Assembly (NCBI GenBank): GCA_000004695.1
Contig: CM000151.3
Location: 2,016,001-2,080,000, forward strand
Direction of reading: 5' to 3'
Source: Dictyostelium discoideum
Taxonomy: Eukaryota
DNA length: 64,000 nucleotides
Part shown: one piece after another, positions 32,751-48,834 of the stretch
Position numbering within the stretch: position 1 is the first letter of the stretch
Layout of the letters: every line of letters begins with the position of its first letter
Position numbers and translations under genes: made by a program
The notes under the pieces: model-generated
Told to the model about the DNA's origin: nothing
Database searches by the model: none
The model's input: only the letters and a program-made list of their open reading frames with translations

Positions 32751-32951
32751 TAAGATTTTGATCAATTAAAATTATTGCCTCCTTTCCATTTTTTGTTATT
32801 TAAATTTGAATAATAAATTAAAATGATCGTATTATTAAAAATAAATAATAAATATTAAAAAAAATTGTTTGTAATAATCTTATTATTTTATTAAATATAA
32901 AAATTGGTAAATTTTTAATAAATTAAAATAAAATAATATAAATTATTTTTT

Positions 32952-33699
32952 TTATACGCTTGGGAGTGAAGTCTTTTTATTATTATCTTGTTTCAAAAAT
33001 TTGACAAACTTTAATTATTAAATAGAATAAAATTGGTTAGAAAATAATTTTAATATATATTTTTTTGGGGGGTGAAAAAATAAAAAAAAACTTACACCTT
33101 CTAGATCTTCATAGGAAAGACTACCTTCTTTGTTAGTATCAATTTGTTCAAAAACGTAATCAGTAGTTTTCTTTGAATTTCCGCAACCTAGTTCATCAAG
33201 TTTGGTTTTTAATTCGTGATGGGAAATCATTTTATCATTGTTTTTATCGAATCTTAAGAGGAAGCTTTCAATATCAATTTCTGGTTTATCTTGGAATTTA
33301 TCACAGTTTTTAGAAATTTCTCTATCATCAATGTCATTGAAACAGATTGACTCATCTAATTTTTTATTCAAAGATTTAAAGAGTAATACAGCCAATCTTT
33401 CTGGATTTTTTGAATCTGAAATAAAAAAAATAAAATAAAAAATAAAAATAAAAATAATTAGTTTATTGTTATTTTTAACATTCAGATAATAATGATAAAT
33501 ACTTACTCTTTTTTAATAATTGAACAATTTCATCAATTGAATATTGACGATCTTTATCTAATTATTTATATATTGGATTTTAAAATTAGTATAATTAACT
33601 TCATTTCTTTTTACAAATAATTAATATATAATTACTTTTATCACATTTCAAAATTGTTGGTTTAATTTCATTTAAACAATGTTCTGAAACTGATGCCAT
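32952..33699 (-). CDS. EF-hand calcium-binding protein of about 163 aa (cbp-like); 4 exons, 33636..33699, 33507..33557, 33096..33415 and 32952..33008
   Basis: Exon 1 is ATG at 33699, MASVSEHCLNEIKPTILKCDK, with donor A|gtaatt. Exon 2 is (N)KDRQYSIDEIVQLLKK with donor A|gtaagt. Exon 3 is SKNPERLAVLLFKSLNKK...FDKNNDKMISHHELKTKLDELG...IDTNKEGSLSYEDLEG with donor GGT|gtaagt. Exon 4 is FVKFLKQDNNKKTSLPSV*. There are three clear EF-hand loops (DKDRQYSIDE, DKNNDKMISHHE, DTNKEGSLSYED). The introns are 78, 91 and 87 bp. The track M at 33395 is a TTG codon. Confidence 0.7.
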
Positions 33700-34384
33700 G
33701 TTTTCTTTTATTATTGAGATAAGGAATAATTAATAATGAATGAATGAATAAGAGGTATAGGAAAAATTATAATTAATTTAAAAAAAACAATAAAAAAAAA
33801 ATAAAAAAATTATTTAAAAGCAAAGAAAAAAAAAAACAAAAAAAAAATGAGAATAATAAAAATAATAATAAAAAAATTAAATAAAATTAAATTAAATTAC
33901 AAGTGTGGTAAATTTGTAAACACACATCAATGTTCAAAACAAATCTCATTACCACAGCTTCCTTATTTTTTTGGGAAAAAAAATAAAAAAAAAATAAAAA
34001 ATAAAAAATAAAAAAATAAAAAAAAAATAATAAAAAATAAATTTCTTTAGGTGGTCAATATTTTTTTTCTATTTTTTAATAAATCAAGATTAAATTCATT
34101 TATTTTTGGATCTGAAAAAAAAAAAAAAATAATAAAAAAAAAAAAATATAAAAAAATAAAAATTTTTTTCATTTGTTATTAAAATTTGGGAAAAGAAAAT
34201 GAGTCTGAGAAAACTAAAGGGTAATTATATAATTATACGAGCACCAAATCCTTTTTATTTTTAAGAATTTCTTCTTATATTGAATTGTTTTTATATTTGT
34301 ATTAATTAATTTCCTACTAATTGTTCTTCAAAATAAAAAAACAATTACAAAAAATGGTAAATAATAAAATTTAAAAAAAAAAAG

Positions 34385-34432
<48 letters not shown>

Positions 34433-35219
34433 ATAAAAAATATATGGAATTAAAAGAAAATATATTTTTTTTTATTTTTATCACTATTTTTTAAATCAAT
34501 TTTTTATTTTGGAAATAATTATAAGTGATTTAAAGGCGACTTATTTATTCTGAAAAAAAAAATTAAATTTTTTTTTTTTTTTTTTTTTTATTTATGATCA
34601 AACGAAAATTTTTTTACTTTTTTTTGTTTTCTTAAATTCTGGTTTCAAATCTTTAAATCAAAAATTCTTATTTTATTTTTAATATAAAAGAAATTTTTTT
34701 TTTTTTTTTAGCTCATTCAAAAAAAAAACAAAGTATATACCTTTAAAATAAAATAAAAAAAAAAAAAAAAAAACCAGCTTTTAAAATATAAAAAAACAAT
34801 AAAAATTATTATTAAAAAAAAAAAATTTATTTAATATTTTGAAAAAAAAAAAAAAAAAAAAAAACATACAAATTAATTAATTGTTTTTTTAATTAGATAT
34901 CTTTTTAAAAATAGGTTATTTTATGTCAATGTGGGTTATTTATTTTTTTTAATAGATATTTTGTATAGTTATTGGTTTATTTAGTATGAATCGGTACTAA
35001 TCCAATTGCCAGAGAATGAAAGGATGTTATTCTATTTAAGATATATCTTTTCATTCTCGGGCATTGTTGATAGGTAGATTTAAACAGCTGTTTCACTAAA
35101 TAATTTATTTTTTTAAAAAAATAAAAAAAACTATTTTATACATTAAACACAAAATAAAATATGGAAATTTTTTAATTTTCAATCAAGGTAAATAATAAAA
35201 ATACTTTTTATTCCAATAA

Positions 35220-35260
<41 letters not shown>

Positions 35261-35968
35261 TTTTTACTAATATTAATTTATATTATAGCTTGATTGGTAT
35301 AAAACAAAAATTAAAAAATCAAAGTTTAGTGAACTGTATTTTGCTGAAATCAGTGTGATTGTGTTTGATAATCCCAAACAAAATCCCAAACAAAATCAGA
35401 AACAATATAAAATAAAATAAAATAAAAATAAAAAAATAAAATAAAAAAAAAAACAAAATAATTATTTTTTATTGTTTTGAAATTTCAGATCCATTATCTT
35501 TTTTTTTTTGTTAAATTTATTAATATTAACTATGATCCAATAAATATTATTGGTTTTATATATTCCAACATTTTTCGATTTTGGATCAATTTTTCAATAT
35601 AAAGAATCAGAGAAACTAACAAAGTTTGTAATTTATTTTTTCATTATCAATAATTTTAATTTTATTTTTCAAAAGATTTCAAAAGAAATTTAGAGTGATT
35701 CCTTTTTTGGAATATAACGAATAAAAAAAAATAAATAATAAAAAGAATAAAAAAAAATAAAAAAAAATAAAATTTGAAAAAACAGATAATAGATTGTCAT
35801 ATACGGATAATTGGACATTCTACTTTAATTTGATTTGATTTAAATTTTTTTTTTAAATTTTTTTTTTTTTAAATATTTTCTGTATAGATATAAAAAAAAA
35901 AAAAATTAAAAAAGTTTTATTTATATATATAATTTATAAATTGTTGGAAAAAATATTATTTTTATAAA

Positions 35969-38900
35969 TTATAAGCCAATATCACATTTAACAAACTGTT
36001 GATCATAATAAAAATCATCTTCTTGATTAATATTATCATCTTCATTGTAATAATCACATTCCCAACCATTTTCATTACAATCAAATAAATCATCTTGATA
36101 ATATTGGTATTGTTCTTGTTCTACTCCTACATCATCTTTTTCTTGGTAATCATTATAAAAGAAATCTTCTCCTTGATAATCATCAAATGAGAAATTACGT
36201 TGTTTATCGTTAAAATCTTTTTCAAATTCATCAAATGTTAAATTTCTATGATTGAAACCATTACCATTACTATTATTATTATTAAAAAACTTCATTAAAT
36301 TTTGTATATCTTCACGAGTTGAATCTGATTTTGAAATTATTTTTTTAAATTCTTTAATTAATTCATCTTGATCTCCAACTATTTGTAAATTAGTTTCAAA
36401 TACCTTATAATAAGATTCATCAATCTTTGCCAAGAATACTAAAGTATGTAAAATTTGAAAATTAATTTGATAATTATTACTTTCATCTGATAATAAATTT
36501 TTTAATAATTGTTCAAAAAACTATAATAATAAAATAAATAAAAATTAATAAATGTAATATGATTATATGTTATTATTGAAATTAACTACTTACTTTTAAT
36601 TTTTTAAATTGATTTTTTAATTTTTTTGAACATTTAATTGGATTATGAAGTGAAATGATAACATTTGCCAATGGTATATAAAATTTAATTGATGGATTTA
36701 AAAACAAAGCAACTTTAATACCATTTAATAATGTTGAAATAACCTTATCATTCATTTTAATATTTAAAGATAAAGTAACTAAAAACTTTACAACTATTAT
36801 ACTAATTTGTAGAAGTGTTGTTAAAAAATGAGGATTATCAATACAAAGATTATGAAAAATTGGTAAAAGGTTTGATAGGGATTCAATGATTTTTGAATTT
36901 AAAATACAACCAATTCTAATTACTGATGGATCATTCTTTTCTTTTACTTTATTTAAATTTGTTTCTCTCTATCAATAATTGTGAAATTCTTATAAGGGTC
37001 TGAGAATTTATATGAATTTACAATTATTTTTAAACATTTTAAAACTGAAACATATGACGGCTGATCAGTTTCAATCACTTGAACTTTACCAAAATCTACT
37101 AAAAATTTATTAACTGTTTCAATTGGAATTAAATCTGGTGCTTTTCTAAATCTATAAATTTCTTCAAGTATTGTATAATCCATTATACCATCATTTATTA
37201 AATAATTATTTGAAAATAATTTTAAAAACTTTTCATGATTTGGTTTAACAATTGTTGATTCAATATATTCATTCTCTATTTCATTAAATAATAACATTTC
37301 TTTTTGTTTATAATTATCATCAATAAATTGGTATTGTTGTTGGTGTGCTTGATTGTAATTATTTATTTCATCCATTGGTATTGCATTTTCATATGACTCG
37401 TAATTTGATGATTCATTATCTTGGTAAATATCAATTTGTTGTTCTTGCTCTTGTTTTTGTTGTTGTTGCTGTTTTGAATCTTCATTACTATTTCCAAATT
37501 GTGTATATTCAATACTAATATTAAGTTCATCTTCAATTAGATCCTCTTGGAATATATCCATTTCAATTTGATATTTTTTATGAATTTTATTTTTTTCATG
37601 ATTGCTAATTAATTCAATATGACCATTTTGATTTTTTGGGTGAATTGAATAATAACTTGGTGGTTCATCACTTGGAAGTGTTGTTGTTGTTGCTTTTGTT
37701 GTTGGTGTTGTTATTGCTTTTTGATATAAATTATCGTTATTTAAAAACATATTACATGATAGTAATAGTGGTTGTTGTGGTTGATGTTGCTCTTTGACTA
37801 CCAATTTTTCAAAAATTGGTTGATATTGCTCTTTGACCACCAATTCTTCAAAAATTGGTTTCATTTGTAAGAAATCCAACATTTCTACAATATATTTTAA
37901 TTTTTGTTCATCTCCACCTTGATTGTAACAATTTAAAAAAACAATAGACCTTAATTGGCAAAGTGGAAAGTTGTTAAAAAAATCTTTAATTAATTCTACA
38001 CAATACTATTTAAAAAAAAAAAAAATAATAATAATAATAAAAGTGTGTTAATTTAAATAATTTTTTTTATAATATATATGTATTAATACGTACTGTAATA
38101 ATTAAAAATGGGGTTTTAATTGGGTCTGAAAGGATATTAAAATCAATATCTCCAGAAACAAAACCTTTGTTTACGACATCAATATCGAAACCATTTGATA
38201 AATTTGATTTCAATATATAATTCTGATTGAAAATTTTAAAAAACTTTGAAAAAGTAACTTTTTCAATATTTAATTTTATTGAATATGATAAACTCTTTTT
38301 ATCAACGAAATCATAATGATTTGAAATCGAGTTGATATCAAGGAATTGAATTTCCTTATAATTAATATTACAATCTTGGAAATATGATAAAAAACTATTA
38401 TTTATTATAGAATTAATATAATATAATAAACAATAGTATATTTCTATATATATTTGTAAAAGATTTAAAAATTATATATTAATATTCAAATATAAAAATA
38501 AAAAAATAAAAATAAAAATAAAAAAATAACTTACCACAAGATATATTTGATTTTATAAATTGAAAGTCATTTTCACTTTGGCAATTTAATATTTTATTTT
38601 TCAATGATTTTGAATCTTTACTTGAAAGATATAAAAGTCTTTCTACTTGTATTAAAATATCATAATTTTTGTAATCTTGATATTGTAAATTTGAAATTAA
38701 TTCAACTGAATTATAAATTTCAATTATTCTATTTTTTAATGGAATATCAGTAACAACCGATTCTAATAATCTTAAAAATTTATCTTTTTTTTCAAATGCA
38801 TCATATTGAACATATCGAAAACATTGAACCTAAAATAAAAAAAAAATAAAATAAAATAAAACCAAATTAGTTTTTTTTTTTTTTTTTTTTTAAAGGAAAA

Positions 38901-39275
38901 AAAATACTTGCATCTGGATAACCTAATAAAAAAATATTAATGAATAAAATTTCATCATTAAGAGTTGATTTTTTAATTTTATAATGAGTTTCAATTGATG
39001 TATCACCAAGTGTTGAAATTGTTAAAAGTTTCCATAATTCAATAGAGTTTAAAGAAAATGATATGGATTCTTGAATTTCTTTATAATTAAAATTTAGTTT
39101 TGTTCCGCATATATATTCTTGAATGAAAAGATTTTTTGATTCATGGTCATTACCAAAAATTAAAAATCTTTCATTTCGATTATTATTAAAAGTTGATTTT
39201 AAATTTTTCACATTTGATGTGGTTAAAGGCGCTGATAAATTATTTAAAATTAAATAATTTTTGAAATAAATATCT

Positions 39276-39310
<35 letters not shown>

Positions 39311-39385
39311 TTTTTTTTTTATTAAATTAGTTTGGGAAAGTAAAGAACTTTTTTCAATTAAAAGATTCTTTATTTTTTTTTCCAT
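35969..39385 (-). CDS. Multi-exon gene of unknown function (about 1050 aa). It has an N-terminal P-loop-like segment lacking GKS/T (ERFLIFGNDHESKNLFIQEYICG), a Gln-rich middle and an ARM/HEAT-like C-terminal half ending in an acidic Tyr-rich tail. Exons are approximately 38908..39385, 38762..38535, 38374..38094, 38005..37022, 36968..36594 and 36520..35969
   Basis: There is a real ATG at 39385. Junctions are supported by gtaagt or gtacgt donors and polypyrimidine-ag acceptors with consistent phases. These are TGTG|gtaagt at 38535 to ccaag|AT at 38374, ACA|gtacgt at 38094 to aaatag|TAT at 38005, and AAA|gtaagt at 36594 to tatag|TTTTTT at 36520. Two junctions are weaker. Exon 1 to 2 uses GCAA|gtattt to a ttattag acceptor at 38763. 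Exon 4 to 5 changes frame and needs a 53-77 bp intron ending attattgatag at 36969 (donor ATT|gtaaat at 37022 or TCA|gtttta). The track pieces 38867..39385, 36953..37882 and 35969..36433 are all parts of this gene. Confidence 0.5.
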
Positions 39386-39528
39386 TTTCTGATTTTTAAG
39401 GGTTTTTTTTTTTTTTTATTTTTTTTTTTATTTTTTTTAATTTTTTTTTTGTTCGCTTCCAATAAAAAAAAAAAAAAATAAAAATCTAAGTGTCTGCAAA
39501 TTTTGAATTAATAACTGGTTTTTTTTTG

Positions 39529-39562
<34 letters not shown>

Positions 39563-39991
39563 AAGGGGTAGGTTTTGAGAGAGATGCCTTTGGAAAATGT
39601 TTTGTTTTGTTTTAAGTCGACTTAAAAAATATCCTTTTTTTTTTTTTATTATTAATCAAAAATAAAAAAAATAAAAAAAAAGATTTGTTGCTCTTTTATG
39701 ATTAGTTTTGCGCATATGTATGTGTGAATAAAAAATAGAAAAAAAATAAAAAAAAAAGAAAAAAAAGAAAAAAATAATGCTGTTTTGTTTTAGAAATTGG
39801 CGAACTCAAATTCTAACGGGCAAATATTTTTAGTGAAGAAAAAAAAAAAAAAATAAAAAAAAATTAAAAAAAAAAAATACCTATTATTTTATGATAGAAA
39901 AAAAAAAAAAAAAAAAAACACACAAATTATTTATTATTTAACAATATATGTTATTTTTGACATTGAAAAAAAAATTATTTTAATCCTGGAA

Positions 39992-40022
<31 letters not shown>

Positions 40023-40743
40023 TTTATTTATTTAACATTCACAAGATGTGTTTCACTTCCAAGATATAAAACCAATATTAACAAAGAGGTGTTTTATTTG
40101 TCACGATATTGATTGTACATTTTTTTTTTTGTATTTTATCGTTTTTTACCTTTTTTATTTCACAACACTTAAATCACAAAAATGTAAATGTGAAAAAAAA
40201 ACCCACACTCCCAAAGTGTTTAGAAACTTTTATTTATAACTTTTTGATTCACTCCAATTTTTTAAATGGACAAAAAAATAAAAAAAATAAAAAAAATAAA
40301 AAAAATAAAAAAAATAATTTTCACTGATTTATTTTTATATATTTTTTTTATTTTTTAAAAAACTGGTTGAGAGGTACCATTGCTTTTAATTTCAGCTATA
40401 TTTACCTTTGAGTAATTATATTTTTTTAGAAAAAAAAAAAAAACAAAAAAAAAAAAAAAAAAAACTTAATTTTATTTATTTTCATAATTAATTTTAAAAA
40501 CTTTATTTAAGGAAATTTTAAGACTCCTTTTTTTTTACAATAGAAATTTATTAATAATTTTAAAATAAAAAAAATATTAATTTATTTAATAAATTAGATA
40601 ACTCATTTGTTTATTTTTTTTTTTTTTTTCCTTTTTTTTTTTATTTTTCAATTTTTTTTTTTATTTTTTATTTTTCAATTTTTTTTATTCTTTTATTTTT
40701 TTATTTTTTAATTTAAAATTAAAAAATCAATGTAGAGAAATAT

Positions 40744-41388
40744 ATGTCTACACAATCACCAACTTCAACAAATAATAATATTAGTAATATTGCAAATCAA
40801 TGTAATAAAAGGATTGCAATGGTATGTGCATCCAATCAAAATCGTAGTTTGGAAGCACATCATTTATTTGTAAAGAATGGATTTAAGAATATAAGGTCAT
40901 TTGGTACATCAGCACATTGTAAATTACCAGGACCATCAATTCATCAACCAAATATATTTTCATTTGGTACACCATATCAAGAGATCTATACATCACTAAA
41001 GAATCAAGATCAAGAACTTTACATTAGAAATGGTTTATTGAATATGTTGGAACGTAATATCTCTGTTAAACTTGCACCAGAGAAATGGCAAGAAGAACAA
41101 CAATCAAAATTTGAAATCGTCTATACATTTGATCAACGTGTTTACGATGCCGTCATTGAAGATCTCTTACAAAGAGATGTATCCTCCTCACTATTACAAC
41201 CTGTACATATAATCAATTTACAAGTTAAAGATACTCACGAAGAAGCTGTAGGTGGTGCACAACATGCTTTAGAAATTACTTCAATCATTGAAAAAACTCT
41301 TAATTGGGAAGAGAAATTAGATCAAATTTTAGAAGATTTTTATAAACAAACTTCAAGACAATTTTTACATACTTTAATGTTTTATTAA
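40744..41388 (+). CDS. ssu72: RNA polymerase II CTD phosphatase Ssu72
   Basis: A single-exon ORF of 214 aa. The active-site motif AMVCASNQNRSLEAHH and the whole length align with human SSU72 (VCSSNQNRSMEAH...SFGTGTHVKLPGP...ERVYD...HEEA...TFLHT). Confidence 0.9.
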   Translation: MSTQSPTSTNNNISNIANQCNKRIAMVCASNQNRSLEAHHLFVKNGFKNIRSFGTSAHCKLPGPSIHQPNIFSFGTPYQEIYTSLKNQDQELYIRNGLLNMLERNISVKLAPEKWQEEQQSKFEIVYTFDQRVYDAVIEDLLQRDVSSSLLQPVHIINLQVKDTHEEAVGGAQHALEITSIIEKTLNWEEKLDQILEDFYKQTSRQFLHTLMFY

Positions 41389-41413
41389 AAAATAAAAAAA
41401 AAAAAAAAAAAAA

Positions 41414-41444
<31 letters not shown>

Positions 41445-41583
41445 AATAATAATTATAGTTTTTTAAAGTATGTTTACTATTTTTATTTTTATTCTTTTAA
41501 TTTTATGTTTATTTTATTTTATTTACTTTTATTTTTATTTTTTTTTATTTTTTTATTTTTAATTTTCCAAAATCTCTTATAAT

Positions 41584-44371
<2,788 letters not shown>

Positions 44372-44761
44372 TTTCTTTTCTTTTTTTTTTTTTTTTTTTT
44401 TTTTCTAAATTTTAAAATTTGGTCAATTGAAAATAAAAAAAAAATAAAAAAGGGTTTATTTATTGAATTCTCTTCAAATGATTAAAATCAATAAAAAAAA
44501 AAAAAAAATTAATTTTTTTTTTGGAGGCAAAAAAATTCATTTTTTTTTTTTTTTTTTTTATTTTTTTTTATTTTTTTTTATTTTTTTTGAAAAAAATTTA
44601 AAAAAAACTTTTTTTGAACATGCACTTTTTTGGGTTGTTTTTCTTTTAAATTGTAAACCCACTTGAAATAATAAAATAATAGATTTGTTTAATATTAATT
44701 GTTTTTTTTTTTTTTTGATATATATTATTGTGGAAATGTTGTACTTCAAATTATATAAATT

Positions 44762-44806
<45 letters not shown>

Positions 44807-44889
44807 AAGTTAATTTAAAAATAAAAAAATAAAAATAAAAAAACAATTTGTTAAAAATAAAAAAATAAAAAAAATCTTTTTTTATTTTT

Positions 44890-44927
<38 letters not shown>

Positions 44928-45112
44928 CCTTGCTAACGTCAACCCTTTTTTTTTTTTTTTTTTTTTTTAAATCGTTTTTTAACACTCTATATATAATAAT
45001 TATTATTTTTAATTATTTATTTCTTTAAACAAATAATAAAATAATAAATGAATAAAAAAAATATATAGAGTAAAATAATATATATATTTTTAAAAAAAAA
45101 AAAAAAAAAAAA

Positions 45113-48100
45113 ATGAATTATAATAATGATTTATATTCTAGAAATAGATGGAGTAAAAATAATAACAATACCAATAATAATAATAATAATAGTTATAATA
45201 CCCATCATATTAATAATGATATAAGTAATAACTATAATAGTAATAATACAAATATATTTAATAAATCCTATTCAAATAATAATAATAATGATAATAATAA
45301 TAATAATTATAATAGTGGTGTTAATAATAATTATAATGGTAGTGGTTCAATAAAAATTATACCACAATTTATAAAAATTTATATTTTCAAAATTAATAAT
45401 AATAAATGGGTACAACTTTTAAAAAGAATAATTAGACAATTAACTCAAGGTAAATTGAAAAAGATATTTTTGGTTTTTCAAGTTTTAGTTTTATTCTTAT
45501 TGTTGGAACATACTTTAAATAAATTTCAGCGTACAAATGATAGTGATTCAACATTGATTGGTTATCGAAATAATTTATGTTCACCTTATGGCAACGTTGG
45601 TGGAATAGAATACCGTGACTCTTTTTCAGAGGTTTTTAATAGAAATCATCTAAATCAATTATTAAATAATTATAATATCGATCGGGATATATTATGTAAT
45701 TATGGACAACAATATCAATTTAAAAAGTTTATTTGGTTATTTGTCGATTCATTAGCACATGATCAGGCGTATGATATGATTGAGCCATTTAAAGAGAATT
45801 CCAATGTTTATAGGGTACTTAATCATGGCTTCAAATTCTCCACTGCCATCTATACTACATTCTTTACTGGTAAGATTCCGACAAACTATGCAGGTAAACC
45901 AATTCAATCGGATAATATATTCTATCAAATGAAGAGAGCTGGTAATCATATGCATTTCGTTGGTCCGGAATTCCCTGCACCAGCATTGTTGGCCGATTCA
46001 CCATCCACCAATCGTTACTTTGAAGAATTCACCATTGTACCCGACGAAACAAATCTATTCTCACAATTGTTTGATCAAGCCAATTCAAATCCAACATCAG
46101 AATCTGTGGCACAGAGATTGAATCAGTTCACAAATGATGGTAGAAAGAGTGTAATGTTCACCACCAATCTATTGGATGATAAAATCCATAGAAATGGTAA
46201 AACTCATCCACCAACATTAAGATTACTATCAACTCTAACTAAAAACATACCATTGTTGAAGAAATGGTTGGCCGATAATCCAGATTACTTATTCATTTTA
46301 AATAGTGATCATGGTGGTAGTAAAACAGGTGGTGTCAACGAAGGTGATCTTCATGGTGCTAAAGATGGTGGTAATGAAGGTTTCTTTTTATTCTACAATG
46401 AAAAACATATAGCATTACAATCGAAACAATCACAACAAATCGATGATAGACCTTGGTTGGATACAGTCGATGTTGCTCCAACCATTGTCAAATACTTTAA
46501 AGATACCAATATACCTTTAGAATCATTGGGTTTGGTCTCCTCTGGTCATTACAATGATTTAAATTCACCAAACATCAATAAAACTGCAATCTATATGGAT
46601 CTATTAATCAATGCAATTCAAATCAGAGAATTATGTCTTTTAAAAGGTTTCCCCTATAGTGAAAGTGATTTCGAAAGAGCAATTTCTTTAGGTACATCAA
46701 TTCAATCTCATCAATTATCTGATAAAATAGATCAACTTAAAAACTTTATTATAAACATTAAAGAGCCAATGGTTGAATTTAAAAAATTCCCTTTAAATTA
46801 TTTAATTTTCACTGGAATTTTATTATTTTTAGTACAGGTAATTAATTTATTTATTTCTAATCTTTTTTTTTTTTTTATAAAAATTATTAATCTTTTTTTT
46901 TATTTTTTTTTTTTATATAGATTATAAATTTAAAGATAGAAATTTCACAAAATGATATTTTATCATTATTAAAGAATAATTTTTTACCAACTGTATTCCC
47001 ATATTTTTATATCTATATTGACTTTTTATTTTTAAAATTCGATTACCATAAACATTTTACAAATGTTTTCAATTTTTATTTCATAATTATTCCAGTCATA
47101 ATTTTATATTTAATTTATAATTTAATGATAGATAAAGTTAGTAATAATCTTAACGAAGATAATGAAGAATTTATTAATAATAATGATATTGATGAAGTTG
47201 ATATTATTTCTCAAGAATTACAACAACAACAACAACAACCTCAAGTACCTTTAATTCATATGAATCAACAACAGCAACAACAATTACAAGTAGAAATAGC
47301 ACCACTTGAGGAAATTTCTTTAGATGATTATAAACAACCACAATCACAACAACAACAACAACAATCACAACCCTCATCAAATGGTATGATTGCTTCGTCA
47401 GCCGAATCATCAACAGCTAATGTACCAAATACTCCAATTAACCAACAAGAACCTATTTTCATACCACAACAACTACAGCAACCACAACAACAACAACAAC
47501 AACAACAAATTGAACAACAACAACAACAACAACAACAACAGCAACAGCAACAACAACAACAATATAATAGTAATAATAATAATAATAACCAACAAGAAGA
47601 ATTAACACCATCAATGTTAGGTAATATTAATTCAAAAATTGAATATGAATGGTTAAATGGTATAGCATTTAATATTTTCTTTGTAGTTGGAACATTTGTA
47701 TCAAGTCATTTCATTATGGAATTTTTACCTATGATTTATGAAAGTTTAGAATCATTTAGTTTTTATACAAACTATTTTATTTTATATTATTTCATTTATA
47801 TTTTAACAATAATTAAAACCATTCAACTTGATAATAGTAATAATAATAATAATTATAATAATACTAGTGGTAATATTTTATTAAATAATCCAATTAAATT
47901 ATTAAATTCAATGCAAACTAGATTATTATTTTTAAAGAGTGGTGGAGTTTATTTGATAGCAGCAACATTATCATTATTTTATGATATTAGTGGTATACCA
48001 TCAATAATGCAACTATGTTATTTGATATTATTGATTCAAGTTTTGATTTTGGTTGCAATGGGTAATTTAATTGACGAATTATGTTTCATTTCAAGTATAT

Positions 48101-48834
48101 TGGTTTTCATAGTTAGTACAGATAGTCAAAGATTTTATTTATTGGTTTTGTTTGTTCCACAATTATACCTACTTTCAAATACTTATTGTAGTGGTGGTTT
48201 AACAAGTTGGAAGTTATCATTACAAACTTCTTCATATGGTGGTAAATTAAAAGCACTCTCGAGAATGTTGGCTTTGTTTATGATTGTACTCACCATTCAA
48301 TCTTATATCCTTATGGGTGGTCAATTCAATATGAACGTCGATGTTAGAGCTGGTAATGTAGGTCTATTAAATATGGAAGATTATCCAACTTTCTCTGGTT
48401 TCTTAATGGTTTTCCATAAATTGGGTTACTTTTTTATTTTAATTACTTTCTTATTTAGATTTGTAAAATCATATAATCAACAATATCAACAACTTCATCA
48501 TTATCATCATTATAATAAACAGCAACAACAACAACAACAACAACAACAACAACCACAACAACAACCACATCATTTAATTCATAATCATGATAATATCTTT
48601 AATTTATATGATGAATTGGAAATAAAGAGTTGGTTATTTAGAATATTGGCACAGAAATCAATTGTTTTAATGTGGATTTTCAATTTTAATTTTTGGCAAT
48701 ATAAAGATTATTTAGATTGTTTTATTTCAACCTTAATCATTTCAATCGTTACCGTTGGTTTTGGTGTTTGTTTATGTTTTGATGAACTTTCAAAATATTT
48801 AAAACCAAAAGTTTGGAAAATATTAAACAAATAA
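45113..48834 (+). CDS. GPI ethanolamine phosphate transferase (PigN/PigO/PigG family); exons 45113..46837 and 46921..48834, about 1212 aa
   Basis: It has an Asn-rich N-terminus and a TM helix. The sulfatase or alkaline-phosphatase-like catalytic region follows (KKFIWLFVDSLAHDQAYD, FILNSDHGGSKTGGVNEGDLHGAKDGGNEG). Exon 1 ends GTACAG|gtaatt, the intron is 83 bp, and exon 2 begins after tatatag at 46921 in phase 0. Exon 2 continues as a long multi-pass membrane domain to the stop at 48834. The track split at 46927/47125 arises from the intron and the absence of an earlier ATG. Confidence 0.8.

Noticed and set aside
36953-36955. Treating the stop at 36953 (ending REKQI*) as the end of a separate gene
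   Set aside because: The downstream 100-codon stretch (RETNLNKVKEKNDPSVIRIGCILNSK...) is open and coding-like with no upstream ATG. A micro-intron ending attattgatag at 36969 restores continuity, so a single gene is more likely. I left this flagged as uncertain in the findings.
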